NCBI RefSeq assembly: GCF_036321535.1
Contig: NC_087437.1
Location: 27,282,001-27,346,000 of the forward strand
Length of the DNA: 64,000 nt
Direction: 5' to 3'
From: Camelus dromedarius
Taxonomy: Eukaryota
This document shows, piece after piece, positions 10,793-23,599 of the stretch (position 1 is its first letter; each line of letters starts with the position of its first letter). The notes beneath the pieces were generated by a model. That model was given only the letters and a program-made list of their open reading frames with translations, was not told where the DNA came from and did no database searches. Both the position numbers and the translations under genes were made by a program.

Positions 10793-13275
10793 ACGTTGAG
10801 GGTGGGCAGTGTTTCCCTGGTTCTGTTGGCTTTTCTGCTCTCGTGTGCCTGTGTCACGCTTTCACTTCTGTACTGCAGACACCTCTGCCCAGCCCATGTA
10901 GCTGCACGTAAACTCTGGGGACTAAGGTGAACTTAAAAAGTGATGTTAAGTTCAATAGTCACTAGTTCGAGGGTGAAACAGAGTCAGAGACATTCATGCA
11001 GAGTAAGTTTGCTTTTGAATCCAAACTAGCTGGAAAATTCCTAGGGCTGGGGCTGGGCAGGAAGAGGAGAGACACCTAGATTCAACCTAGAATCTCTGCT
11101 GGAGGAAGTACCATCTTTTTCAGCACTGTCTCATTGGGGAAACTGAGGCAGTCATCCTCACTGCTGTCCAAGAGAAGCCTCAGCTAACCACAGGGAGCAC
11201 GTTTCCTGTCAGTGGACTTGGCCCCAAGGCTTTGCTCAGGACTCACCTGACCCAGGACTGTGGAAGAGCCCTCCTCCAAGTGCCCTGACCCCTCAGGAGG
11301 GGCAGTGAGGGCAGGTAGTGCCGTGGAGGGGAAATGGCTGCCTGCCCAAGCACGACCCACGTGACACCCCAACCTGGACAGGGATGGGAGCCCCCCTTTC
11401 CTGGCTCTTTCAGATACGTTAAAAAAAAACTTTAGTTTTTAACTAACAGTAAGTACACAAGTCTTACACCATTTTGTGAGAAATGAAACTCTAGGTCAAT
11501 TGTTGATTTGGAGGCAATTTATATAGTTCAGGAATTTCATCGGATTAGGTTTTTTACCACAAATTTTTAAAGCTCTGTCTTTAATAATAAATTGAAGCTT
11601 TAAAAAGAAAATAAGGATGGAGAGGCTTGAAAGACATTTTTCTCTGCTCTCAAGTGAAGATCAAGAAAACATGTTTTTCTCACGCCCTCCATCCCCCCTC
11701 CGTCTTCAGTGCCTCACGCACAGCTAGATCCACTGTAGACACAAGATAAAACCTCTCTGAATGAATGAAAAGGGGTTGATTCATTGTCATTTGGAAAGAA
11801 TCCTGAAGGACACCAGCATAAGCAAAAGTATTTATTTACTCTTTAGATATTTATGCAGAAAATTCACTCTCTGATCTTCATTTCAGTGGGTGAGGAGTGA
11901 TGTGGCTACAGGGCTGTGGCTTCGGGAAGGGCGGTGGCACAGACAGCCACTCAGGGCTGGTGGTGGAGGGCGTCCCTCGCCTCAGGTTATATTTCAAGAG
12001 ACTTAGTGTCTCACTGGCATGGAGCGGAACTTTACTGGAGAACAGGGCTTTGTTGGCGAGGCTAAGATAGGATCAAATAACCACCCAAACTCAGTGGCTT
12101 GACAGGAAGTTTATTTACCACTCTCATCACCCTCCAGGGCAGGTCATGAAGCCTGCCTCTGTTTTGCAGCCTCGCCACCTGGATGCCGTGGCTTCCAAGG
12201 CTGCAGTACCAGGGGAAGATAGAGCTAGAGGATTGCATGGGAGGGTCTTCATCGCCAGGCCTGGAAGTGGCATGGGTCCCTTCAGCCTGCCTCCTGTCTG
12301 TCCAGACTCATTCCCATGGCACCAGCTGCAAAAGAGCCAGGAAATGTGGCTTAGCTGCGTGCCACTGAGGAACGTGGTGGGAAGCACACGGCATTGTCTG
12401 CCACAGAGCTGGCGAGGAAAGGGGGACAGCAAAGGAGCAGGGCAAAGGAAGCGCCTGTGTGGCAGCACGTGAAGGTCTACGCCAGCTTCTCTAGGGGTGT
12501 CTGGCGAAGATGTGCATCAGACCCTGTCCTTCCTGTGTGAAGGGACACTCTTCATTTTCCTTGGCTACATGGAAGGATAGCAATTTAAGGGCAAATCTGT
12601 GAGCTGTGGCATCCTGGAATGTGTACCTGTGAATTAGGTGTGATACCCTTTTTTGTACTAGGTAAAGTCCATGCCGAATTGGAACCCGAGGAGGCTGCAA
12701 TGATAGGGCGGGTGGCTCCTGTGCCCTGAGACGGTGTGTCTCTGGTGGGGCATGGGCTTGAATTACTCGAGGGGCCCAGCCACCTCCTTGGTGCCCCCCT
12801 TACAAACAGCCTGGAGGAGAGAGGGAACAGAGGCTAGCAGAGCTCCCGCGGCTCTCACTCTCCTCCCGAATTAGACTGATGGCCACAGGGGGCAGAGGGG
12901 ACTTGTGCTCATTGAAGGACACAGCCAATTTGCAACTCATTTTTTTTCCTTCCAGGTGAGCCTAAGTCCCTCAGACTAAGATTGTAGTAAAGAAACACGT
13001 TCCTTCAAGACATGTGCCTTTTAATTGCTGGGTGGCTTCCAGAGCACTGTAGCTATCCCCTGGGGTCTCTGCAACCATCGTCTGAGACTGTGTTTTAGGG
13101 CTTGCAGGGGACACTTTCTGGAGGTTTCTGACAGGGACAGCCAGTCGGCTTCGGGCTTATTCAGACATTTCAAATAGACCAGTGAGCCCCAGCTCTGGGT
13201 GTGACACGGCAGGTATGTCTGGGCATCTAAGGGGGTGTGGGGGGAAATCACAAAGTCTGTAAATCAAAGTATATG

Positions 13276-13281
13276 TTTATT
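13276..13281 (-). terminator. Candidate distal poly(A) signal of CLRN1
   Basis: AATAAA on the minus strand followed by tactttgatttacagactttgtgattt (GU/U-rich). It is the first AATAAA I found downstream of the putative exon 3b. Confidence 0.4.
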
Positions 13282-14074
13282 GAGTTTGCATTAGCATTTT
13301 TATCAGCAAGAGGGTGTTCCCCTGCGGGGGAATTTCATCGTGGATGCCAGGGCCCCACACCTACCCAGTCTTTCTCTGTTTCAAGGAGCAGGTATCTATT
13401 CTCTAAACTGACCAGGCTCTGTCCCTTGTCACTTGGAGGAGGGAGATTAGCTGCTGAACCAGCCTTTGGCCCTGAGCCGTGAACCATGATGAATGGGGGC
13501 TGAGCCCCAGCATATCACCAGATCACACCCTGAGCGCCCAAACAGCACAGGCTTTTAGGATCTAAACAGAAGGGATCAGGGGCAGCGAGGCAGTGAGAAG
13601 AACAGTGTGGATGGCTTGGGACCCGTCTTGAAGCGTTTCTGTGACAGCCACCCTTTTTACCTCTACTGGGTCTTACTGGAAGGGGAAAGGCTGAGGAAAA
13701 TTGAGAGAGAGGTTAAGCTCCCTTCTCTCCACCCAGAGTCTCTCCCTGGCTACTTGTTCAGGTTTCCATAGGTGGATGACTGGGCCCAGTGTCCATTCTA
13801 ATGGCAGGCCAGGGTCTCTCCCAGCTGGTGCACCCTGACGCTGCCAGTGTGGGCCCCTCCTCCGTCCACCAGAACGGGGAGGGGCAGTCTCCCCGCCTGG
13901 CCTCTCTCTCTGCAAATGGGCCGCGGGAGAGGCGAGGGATTACCTTCGGGTTGTGCAATCTGTGAGCCACCAGCCAGACTGATGAGCCTTGGATGCTTGT
14001 CAAGTGACATGAGAGCAGCTGCTCTGAAGGAGCAGATGAGACCACAAGAGCAAAAGACCTTTGTAAATTGTAAA

Positions 14075-14350
14075 GTGCGCGCAGAGGGAAGGCGCCCTGC
14101 GCGCTCCCCAACCCGCGCGTGCCCCGTCTGCGCGTCCACTGCCGCAGGCTGTGTCCCGAAAGGCCTGACTTTCAGGGCTTCTTGCCGTTCTTTCCCACGG
14201 CAAAATAAGCTCTGATGCTCTGGGGGTGAAGGGGTGTGCCCACACCGGAAACGAGCACCCGCCCGCCCAGTCGTTGTGTTGCCGCCCCAGAGCCAGCAGG
14301 GGGCCCTGCGTCCACATGAGAACCTGAGACCGGGGCTGCCACCTGGGGCG
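14075..14350. promoter_or_regulatory. Small CpG-rich patch with a CTCF-like motif
   Basis: Dense CpG (gtgcgcgcag...ctgcgcgctc...cccgcgcgtg...ctgcgcgtcc). CCAGCAGGGGGC at 14293-14304 matches the CTCF core. Confidence 0.45.
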
Positions 14351-15286
14351 ATGACTGTCATTCCAGAGCCTCTGGTCCCCACAGAGAGAGCCACGGAGAG
14401 AGTCCTGGCCACATCCTTCTTGGAAGGGTTACTCGCAGGCCACGTGGGACAAAGGGTTTCATCCAGAGGAGAGGGGGCAGCTTAAGTGCTCTCCTCTGAG
14501 GGCCCAGAGGGTATCTTGTCTTATTTGTGTGTATGTGAGCCAATTTGCAGGGACCAGCGTCCCTGCCTCTACTTCCCACCAGTTTGCCCATTAGGCTGTC
14601 GTTGGATGTTCAGCTGCTGCTCTGAGTTTTCTCTTTGTACGGAACGGAGAATAGTCAGGGAGTTGTTTTCTAAAGAAGAAAGCTTGGTGTTAGATGTTTT
14701 TCAAAACTTTGAGGAGAGAGAGAGGTGGGGGGTGGGTCAAATGGGACTGTAGGGGCCTTCCGGGATCTCAGGCCGGTTACCTGTGGTGGTGATGCTCCTT
14801 GTGCTTTCCTGCCTTTCCTAGAAGGAGCAGACAGGACCACGAGATGCTTCTGTACTGAACTGTTTCGTGAAGACTTCCAGAACTGGGCTCCACTAGACCT
14901 TTACTGGAACGAGCATCCTCTTTATCATTGGACTGACTTGTGGTCTTCTAGAAATTCTCCAGCTGTAATATCTTGATTGAAGGTGGAGAGACTAACATCC
15001 GAAAACAAAGAGTGTGTTCTGATGTCAGCCTGTGGGCCACAGATCACCTTTAGGGCATGTTATTTCTCGGGTATACAGTCATTTGCTTCTTGTAAATTGT
15101 TTCAATAAAGAAAAAGAATTTTTTTTTAACACTAGCACTTGCCAAACCTCTCATATGGGGGCTAAGTTCTGGACAGCTGTGGAGAGGGACCTGGTATGGT
15201 GGTTTGTTCTCAGCCATTCCCTGCCTCTTCCTGACTGCTTACTTGACGGCAGCAGATGGAGGACAGAGGAAGGGTGAGTTCCAGAT

Positions 15287-15307
15287 TCAGTTGTGGCCTT
15301 TGGTCAG
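15287..15307 (-). CDS. CLRN1: Putative alternative terminal exon of CLRN1 (equivalent of human exon 3b), coding part LTKGHN*
   Basis: ctgcag|CTG ACC AAA GGC CAC AAC TGA, in frame with an internal donor TGG|GTGGTT at 16257 in exon 3. Matches the recalled C-terminus ...TSFWLTKGHS of the short human isoform. Confidence 0.6.
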   Translation of the reverse strand: MTKGHN

Positions 15308-15782
15308 CTGCAGATCAATTTCATGGGTAATTCAGGGGAAAAAAAGCTACTTGGGTCATGCTTTGTGATAGACTAAAACCCAAGATGACACAGTGATACC
15401 ATCGTAATCCCAGAATGTAAAATAATTTTCATAATTGGGAATTAGTGCTCGAAGGCACTAAAGTTAGAAGCAACAGCCCCAATGAGTCATTTTGCATCCA
15501 GTTTACTAGAAAGAATCATTTTTCATGATTTCTCAGTGGTCTCGGCAATTATGTCTGTTAAAAGCACTGTGTTTCTTCTTTTTTCCTTTTAGAGGTTTAC
15601 AGATTTTGCAGATCCATCCAACAGGTATGAAGAATAAGACAGTGCTTTAAATGACTTTTTCAAAAGTACGTTGCTATATTTTAATCAATGCTCATTTAAT
15701 GCACTATCATTTTAGGAAAGTGATTCCAGCTCTGTTTTCCGATATCTGTGGCAACAAATGTGTGGATATATCAGAAATAGTA

Positions 15783-15788
15783 TTTATT
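15783..15788 (-). terminator. Candidate proximal poly(A) signal of CLRN1
   Basis: AATAAA on the minus strand about 340 nt after the stop, followed by a U/GU-rich tttgttg about 25 nt downstream. Confidence 0.45.
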
Positions 15789-16128
15789 TGTATTAAAAAT
15801 ATATTTCCCCATGCCTTTCAGTCCCTCCCTGATGGAGAAGGCATTTTGCGCTGTGGTGTAGATATGAAGTAACAGTTTGTCCATTCTAGTCAAATGACTT
15901 GAGTACCCAGGCAAAGCAATTTCCTACCAGGTCAAACAACCTTCCAGAGCCTTCCTTCTGCTCCCCTTACTTTCCAACCTGTACCCTTAAAACATAGTTT
16001 ATAAATATTATCACAGAGAGTGGGGTGCTTTAATTTGTGAATCTAAAAGGATGGAGAGATTTAACCACATCCAGGTGACCAAAGCCATTCTACTCCCTTA
16101 CTGTGAAAATCACAGAAATGTTTGCCTT

Positions 16129-16394
16129 TCAGTACATTAGATCCGCAGCTACATTAGTTGTCTCTGTGTCTTTAGATTTTGCAAAAGGAAACTGAAATCC
16201 AGCAAGTCGTATTAGAAGCCCATTCAAAAAATGAACAAAAAAGCAAATGAAAACCACCCAGAACGAGGTGGTGTATTTTTCACTTTGCGTTTTGTAGACA
16301 TACGTTCCTTCTTTATAATTTGCAATTTTTTCTGAGAGGTGGTGGATTTTCACTTCAGAGGCAAACAGTATCATGACAAGACAGCCGCAGGAGC
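16129..16394 (-). CDS. CLRN1: Clarin-1 coding exon 3 (to stop codon)
   Basis: Acceptor ccttctgttgcag|GCTCC; 266 nt encoding GSCGCLVMILFASEVK...TTNVAADLMY*, TGA at 16131-16129. The spliced CDS totals 699 nt (232 aa), the canonical clarin-1 length. Confidence 0.98.
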
Positions 16395-19300
16395 CTGCAA
16401 CAGAAGGAACAAACAACATGTTGGGACAAATATTTTCTGATTGTAAGGGGCAGGGAAGAGGGTTTACATGCAAACTAAAGAAAACCTTTTCCTGTCACCC
16501 TCATTTGCATTCTTCTGCAAAAATAGATTTCAAGTTTGTAATCATGAGCCTAATTCTCCAACCAATGGGTGGTAGTGCCTGGGTTATGGCTCTGAGTAAG
16601 AAGACTCATTGGGGGGTAGAAGCAAGCTGATCTTACAAAGACTGGGAGATGCTCCACTTTGCATGATGAGAAGGCTGAATTGCTGGGCACCTTAAAAGCA
16701 CAGTGGTGGAATCAGGCTACAAAGCAGCCACTGCTATGATGTGGCTTCAAGAGAACCAATTTCTCTGTACTTCACAGGTCATGCAGGAGAAATGCCAGTC
16801 ATCCAGCCCCCTTGTGAAACACCCTCGGGCTTCCTTCAGAAGGTTGCATGACTCCTCCCCCTCCTCCAGCTCCCACCTGGCCACAGCAGCCCAGAAGTGT
16901 CCCTGAGCAAAGGTGGCGTCGGATAAGGGGTTGAGGGGGAGAGTGTCTGTTCTTGTTTATACCAGAACTCGGTTTTTACCTGGGTGTGTTTCTGCTTTGA
17001 ACAAAGTCTGTCTACACTGGTTGATTGAGAGGGCCTGGGATGTAGGGGCAGGAAACTTTCCTTAAAGTATGCAGTTTTAGGGGCCTGCACTGTCTTTTCC
17101 CCATCCTCCCTCCTGTGGCTGATATATGGATGCAATGGCTGGAGCTCCAGCAGACATTTTTGGACCAGGTGGCCTTAGAAATGGAAGCCGTGTATTATAG
17201 AAAAAGAGGAATCTTGGATATCAGACACCTGGAGCCACTAAACCAGCTCTGGACTTCACCCTCTAGGTTCTTATGTGAGAGAATAGTAAACACCTATTTA
17301 ATTTAAGCTATTATTGTTATTTCCCCCTCATTTATCACTTGCTGGTAGCCTAATCTAATCTTAACTGGCGTGGCCGTGGTCTGGGGAGATCTCTGCACGA
17401 CAGGGTCATGCTGTACTGAGTGGGGCCTGGAAACTCTGCTAGTCCCTCTCTCCCTGAGGACGGAGAAGGGGAGCCCCCCAGGTGGGTGGGTGGCACGAGG
17501 GGCAGAAGCAGGTGGCCAGAGGGGCAGAGGCAGGCGCACCGTGGGTAGCCAGGACCCCAAGGGCTTCCACAGCTACGGTTGCATCCCAGGATGCCACCAT
17601 GGGGTGCTAGTTAGTAGGAGACTTGCTGAGATGGTTTTCTGACCTTGGTCAAACCAATTTGGGTTCAAACCCTGGTTCCTCCACTTGCTATGTGAAAGTA
17701 GGCAATCTTAACCTGCAAGTCTCAATTTCCTTGTGTATAAAATGTGGATAATAAAGATGATTCAAGATTTACATTTATGAGAATGGGCACATATAAATGC
17801 TTATTAACTGGTAGCTTTCCCTATGGTTTTTAAGTTTTCTTTTCATCTTGCAAGTCCTTATCCTCATCCCTTACTTCACCCCACCTCACACCAAGGAGAG
17901 CCTGGACTACCTCGGGTAGGCTGCCCGCAAAGAACTTACTACAGAGCCTGGTTCCTCCACATGCTCTCCCATTAGGTTTATGACTCCTTGAGGAGGGGTA
18001 AGTGCTTTTGCCGTCAATTACGGTTAATTCAAATACCCTGGGAGCCATGACATAGTGGCTTAAGTTCCCATGCATTAATTCAGTCATTCATTTATTCAGT
18101 CATTCATTTATTCAATTAGACTTATTAAGGGCCAAGCATGGGAATAGTGGTGCAGATTTCAACATTAGAGAAAAGGCATATGGTTTCTGCTCTAACAGAG
18201 AGTATAATCAGGCAGGGAAATCAGATGAGACAATTACAAACCAACCGCAGTGAGTGTAACAGTCAGGGGGGTGTAGGTAGCTATTACTGAGAGGGTGGGC
18301 AGCATCATAGAAGGTTCCTTGAAAGCAGCTGAAGGAAAAGTTAGCAGAGGGGGGCTGGATTGTGTGGGGAGTGCATTCCAGACACGAGGCAAGTGACAGC
18401 CCCCATTCCTTTCCCAAAGGCTGGCTTTGGGTTGGGGTAGAGACTGGATCAGGTAGGGCAGGGGGTGGGGCGGGGGGAGCAGGAAAGGTGAAATTCCACT
18501 TCTTCCAGTAGAATCTCACCTAGGACTGGCCCACCAGCTTGTTCCTCATCATCACCCACCTCTGAGTAATCAAATGATACAATATTCTTGAAACTTCACT
18601 TCTCAGCAGTCTCAGAGAATGTTCCTTAATTTGTCTGCCTAGTTTTGTATTCTGAGCTTAAAACCAGAGCTCTCCCCTGGCAAAACCGTATTATTCCTTT
18701 ATTGTTAGAGCCAACAAAAAGGCTGCGATGCTGTTTTCTCTTTATCCTTTATTTGAAAATTGTGGAGAAAATGCCATTGCTTTTACTATAAGAACCTTCT
18801 TTGTGTGAGGAGATGGCGAATTTTAGACAGAAGCAAAATACTGTATTTCCTTCGTGCTTGATAGGGAAATTCGAACTCGGTTTCCTTTTTCAAGTTGTTA
18901 AATATTTTAAAGGTACGACTTTGTTAAGGAGACAGCGTCATAGTGAGACTTCATTTCAAATTCTTAAAAGTCAGAGTTGCTGGGGTAGTAACTTAAGGCC
19001 AGTAGCGCTTTGCTGGTGCTAATATTGCAAGCGTGCAGACTCCCCGAAACAGCACACGATCTAGCGGTTGAGAGAACGGGCTGTGATTCCTCTCTGGATC
19101 CTGGGGTTGTCCCAGAGGTCACCTTGGTCATTTCAGAGTCAGAGCATGGAAACCCAGCCCGCGTCTCTGCCAACCCCTCAGGGACTGCTAAGAGATGTGA
19201 GGGGAAACAACTCCGTGACTTTAGAATGTTTTTGCTTCTGCCTGTCTGTGGCTCTAAAAGAAATGAGGGACTACAGGTAACTCTTTATGGCTTATGGGCC

Positions 19301-20858
19301 AAAAGATACCCAGGAAGGGCCTCTCTTTTTGGCCTGACTGCTGGGGACGTGGAGAGAGGTGTGTAAGGGATGTGAGTGATGGTGAGAACAGGGCTCAGCC
19401 CGTTTCCAGTGTAGCCCTTAGACCCCAGTAAGGGGGACTCCTGCTATGAGTCCCAGATTTAGAGGGTCCTGCCCTCTCTCTCCTGTTGACACCTCTCCCC
19501 ATGGGATGAGGAATCCTTGAAGTCAGTGGCATGAGTCCATCTGAAGTCCCCAACCCACACTCTAGTCTTTACTCCCAGGACCCAGGAGTTTCCTCCCCAC
19601 ACAACCCTGAGCACATTTCCTGGGTTGGCACAGGCATCTCCCTGGGTTGGTCTACCCAGGGATGGATTTGGATCTGGTGTTGCCCAGCCCTGAGGCCAGA
19701 GGGTGGTCAAGGAACCACTGTTTGAAGGGCACGGTCAGAGCTCGGATATGCAGTGGAGCGTCCACACGTGTGTGCCTGGGGCCCTTTGCGGTGTGGGCGG
19801 AACCAGGCACGGGAAGAGAAGTGAACAGGCAGGGGCCGCTTCTCCTCCCATCAGCACATTTGGGTGTGGAATTCCCAGGGCTCAAAATTCTAAATTTGAA
19901 TCTGGCCTTCCAGATCCTTACAGAGAGATGTTTATCAAAGGAAAAGGATCAAACAAGTTTTATTGAATAGCTTATAACTTTTAAATCTTTTGACACGTGG
20001 CACGTGGGCTTTCATTCGTGCTCTTTCTTGCCCGAGGCCTCAAAGATGTTAGGATCGGGTCTGCATGCTGCCTTCCTTGGCCCAGTTATCCATGTCCACC
20101 AGGAGCCCAAACTCAGCCGGGGCCTCTTGGACAGATTCCCCACATACCTGACCAGCACTGCTGCAGCTCCCAAGAAAGGTTTGAGTACAGCAGATTTAAG
20201 AGAGCCTGCCAAGCCTTGTTCAAGCTAGAATTTGGTATGTAACCAGCACCGGACCCAGCTTTTGCTGCTGGGCGTCTTATTCAAAGACGAGCCACTTTCC
20301 TTTCTCTTGTTTGATGTCCCCACCATCTGGCTGGTACTGTAGTGGGTTTGTTTTTTTTTTTTTCCTTTTCTTTTTAATGACTTTGATGACTGAGTTAATT
20401 TCTGTCTGAATAGGAGAGCTGAGTTATAGGGCTGTCACACCATGAATTATCAGTCAATTAACAAACATATGTAGTGTGCTAGACACTGCACACTCAGGAT
20501 TCTCCTCTGGCAGCTGTCTGGGACTGCAGAATTGGGCACCTCTCCCCTCCAGTCCTTACAGCATAGGGAAGGAAGGTCACAGCCAGCAAGAAAGCTGCTT
20601 CTTCATTCCTTGGTGACTCCTGAGGGTGACTATGCTTTTGTGAGTGGGAACATCCTGCCAGGATCCGTAGAAGTCCAGGGTACCATAGGTTTTGGTAGAA
20701 ATGTGTCCTCAAAGGTGAAAAAAAAAATCTGGAGTATTCTCCTATTATCACTAAGATAGCATTTGGGAAATAATGAATTCGAATTTCAATTTCACTTAAA
20801 TGAATGGCCAAGATTTCCAGAAAGCTAACATGTCATCTTTAAACTCTCTTAGAGAGGG

Positions 20859-21357
20859 TGAGGGGGGAGCAGAATTTGCCACCCCAAAATATACCACTTC
20901 AACATATTGATTATTTAGAAGTAAAGTTACTTAAGAAACAGCTAGTGCAAGAAGGACAGTCTGACCCTCTTCTGTCTCCCTGAAAGCAGGAAATAAATTC
21001 CCCGTGTGGAGGGTACCCTCCCCGCACCTGGAGGGTGGAAGGCATCCTTATCACCAGAGATAAGGCATTCATGACCGAGATGGCTGTATAAACAAACCTT
21101 GTTACTTCTTCACTAATTTACTACCCAAAGCCCAAAACACTTTGTCTTGTCAATTTTTCACAAATTTATTATTTCTTTGTCTGAAAGGGATAAAAATTAC
21201 CTGCTTGGGTCAATTCTTGGAGTCTCATATTTTATGAGCTCCTGTACACGTATGAAATTAAATTTGTTTTTCTCCTGTTAATTTGTCTTAATGTCAAGTT
21301 AATTATGAGGCCAGCCAAAGAACCTGGAAGGGAAGTGGGAAGTTTTCCTCTCCTACA
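20859..21357 (+). mobile_element. ERV1 solo LTR (MER34/MER39-like)
   Basis: About 500 bp bounded by TG...CA. Opens tgaggggggagcagaatttgccaccccaaaatat and closes tttttctcctgttaatttgtc...ttttcctctcctaca, typical of this LTR class. Confidence 0.75.
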
Positions 21358-21934
21358 GTGACAACTATTGGAGGCATTCTGTTTCCTCTGCAGAATGATC
21401 AATTGATCAATTTTGTTCTTTAAGGAGTCTTGAGAGATGACAAATGGGGTCGGAAAAGCCACAATTTTTCAGATGTAGATGCTAATTTTGTGTGAAATTG
21501 TGTAAATCTCACTAGAAAGTTCGTTATTATTGGTCAGGTCTCCAGCAATGATTTCTTCTTCAACTGGAAGCTACACCAGTTCCAAACTGCTTTAGAGACC
21601 AGTGGCTACCATGTAGACAAGTAAAGCAAGCTAATACCTAAGAGTAAATGTTGAGGTCGTCACGGAGATGATTTGGTCACGTGTTTCCAAAGAGCAGGTG
21701 CGGATGAAGTAGACATCAGCTGGATTCAGCTTTCCCACTTCCTTGTCTGTAATGGGAGAGCTGAGGGGCCCACATCTTGCGAGTTTTGCAAATGTCATTT
21801 TAGTGAGAAGGGTGATTTGTGCACAGAAGATATGCTCTTAAAGCGTGATCTTTTTCTAATTTGAATTGGTTTTCAGAAAAGGAGACTGTGACTTGTTTCT
21901 AGAAAATACGTAGAGCTGCTTCTGTTTTATTCCT

Positions 21935-22270
21935 TTACTCAACAAAGACTTCTTGTGCGCTTACTGCACTGTCCTGGCCACTGGGGATACAGCAGTGAAC
22001 AAAGCAGCCAGAAATCCCTATCGTCATGGAGCTCCCAGTGGTACAGACAGTGGTGAGAGAGGCAATAACAAAATAAATACATTCTGTCGTCTATCAGGGC
22101 ATGAGATATATTCAGGAGAATAAAATAAAGCAGGGAAGGGGGTGGCCAGGGGAGGCCTTGGGGAGAAGGTGACACTTTAGCGTCTCTTGAAGAAGTCAGG
22201 GAGTGAGAAGGGAGATATTTGAGGGGAAAAGCATTTCCCACTGAGGGAACAGCGAGTGCAAAGGAATCGG
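21935..22270 (-). mobile_element. L2 fragment
   Basis: tttactcaacaaa...ctggggatacagcagtgaacaaa...gagggaacagcgagtgcaaagg, the reverse of an L2 3' region. Confidence 0.65.
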
Positions 22271-23599
22271 GGGGGTTAAGTGGAGAGAAGAAGAGAACCA
22301 GGCAGAAGTGAGGCGTGTTTGTGCGGGTTTCTGGAGTGGGCTTTGGAGGAGGTAGCAAGCACTTGGGTTGTGGCACTAAATGAAACAGAGGCAAGACACA
22401 TGTGCACATTCTGAACAGGACAGGATCTCTCTGCAGTTGTGATAGGACGACATTGAGCATCTCCTGGTTTGTACCAGGTCATGCACGGCTGCGCCTTGGG
22501 CAAAGCGGGGTAAACAGTCCCGCTGCGTCCTTGCCTGAATGCCCTGGGGTGCACTCCGGTCACTACGGCTCTGCCGCTTTGGATGCTGCCCTACGTATCA
22601 AAATTCCTCGCCTGTTACCATCATGAGCTGGCTAATGTTGCTCCTCTTTCTTCTGTGGCCGTCTTTCTAAAGTTTGCACTGAGAAACCGGTCAAGTATTT
22701 CCGTTGGTGACTTTTCCCACCCCCAATCCTCCCCTTCCTCAGGCTCTGTGGCTCTAATGCCTGCATGTTCCTGTATGTCTTTCTCAGACTCTGAACAACA
22801 GCTCCTCCATAAGGACTGAAGTGGAAATAAGTTGCAGACTGGTTTTCACTACCAGTTGCAGAATAATATGCCCTCGACTTATTACAGAGGCCAGAATATT
22901 ATTAAACATGTTTCATTAAAATATGAAACTGCTCTGTGACGTAAGCATTCTTTTGTTTCTTACTGCTCTTTATTCTCCTGTCTTCCTCTTTCACGTATGA
23001 CTGTGCTTATTTATGTTCCATGCCATAGTTGTAATTAGCATAATTAATTATGTTCCTATTAGGAACATCCCCTTCTTAAAGAAAGGCAGTCATTTTCTTT
23101 GCTTGTTTTGCTTGGTATAATTCAAACATGATGCTATATTATAAGAGAAGAAATTTTCACTAAGTCCACATTTTGGTGGTTTTCATCACCTCCAAAAGGC
23201 CTGAACCAATACATCTCATAGCCTCCTCTGAGCATATACACTGAGCTGTCTCGGATATGCTACCATCGGTCCCTGGCAAGTCTTCCATGTAACCTGCTCT
23301 CTGATGTGCGCACCTGGGTGAGAGTCTGTGAAACTTCTCGCATGGAAGGTATAAAAGGCATACCCTCATACATCAGTGCTCCAGTGGGAAACCAGGGGTC
23401 TAGTTGCTTCTACCCTCAGCTCCTCTATTTTGGCTCCCTCTCTTTCTCTACCTCCTTAATCTGAGTATGTCTCCCTTGCTCTCCTACTGTATTATAAACC
23501 TGGAGGGAAGTTTTTTTCACCCTGTTTTCCATTCTGCCTTCCCCTGCGCCCCTCCCCTCCCTCTCGTTTACTCTCACAGGTGGCTTCCTTTTCACAAGG

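Noticed and set aside
13798..14412. 204-aa ORF on the minus strand
   Set aside because: Non-ATG start in a GC-rich, stop-poor patch with ORFs in several frames and no recognisable domain.
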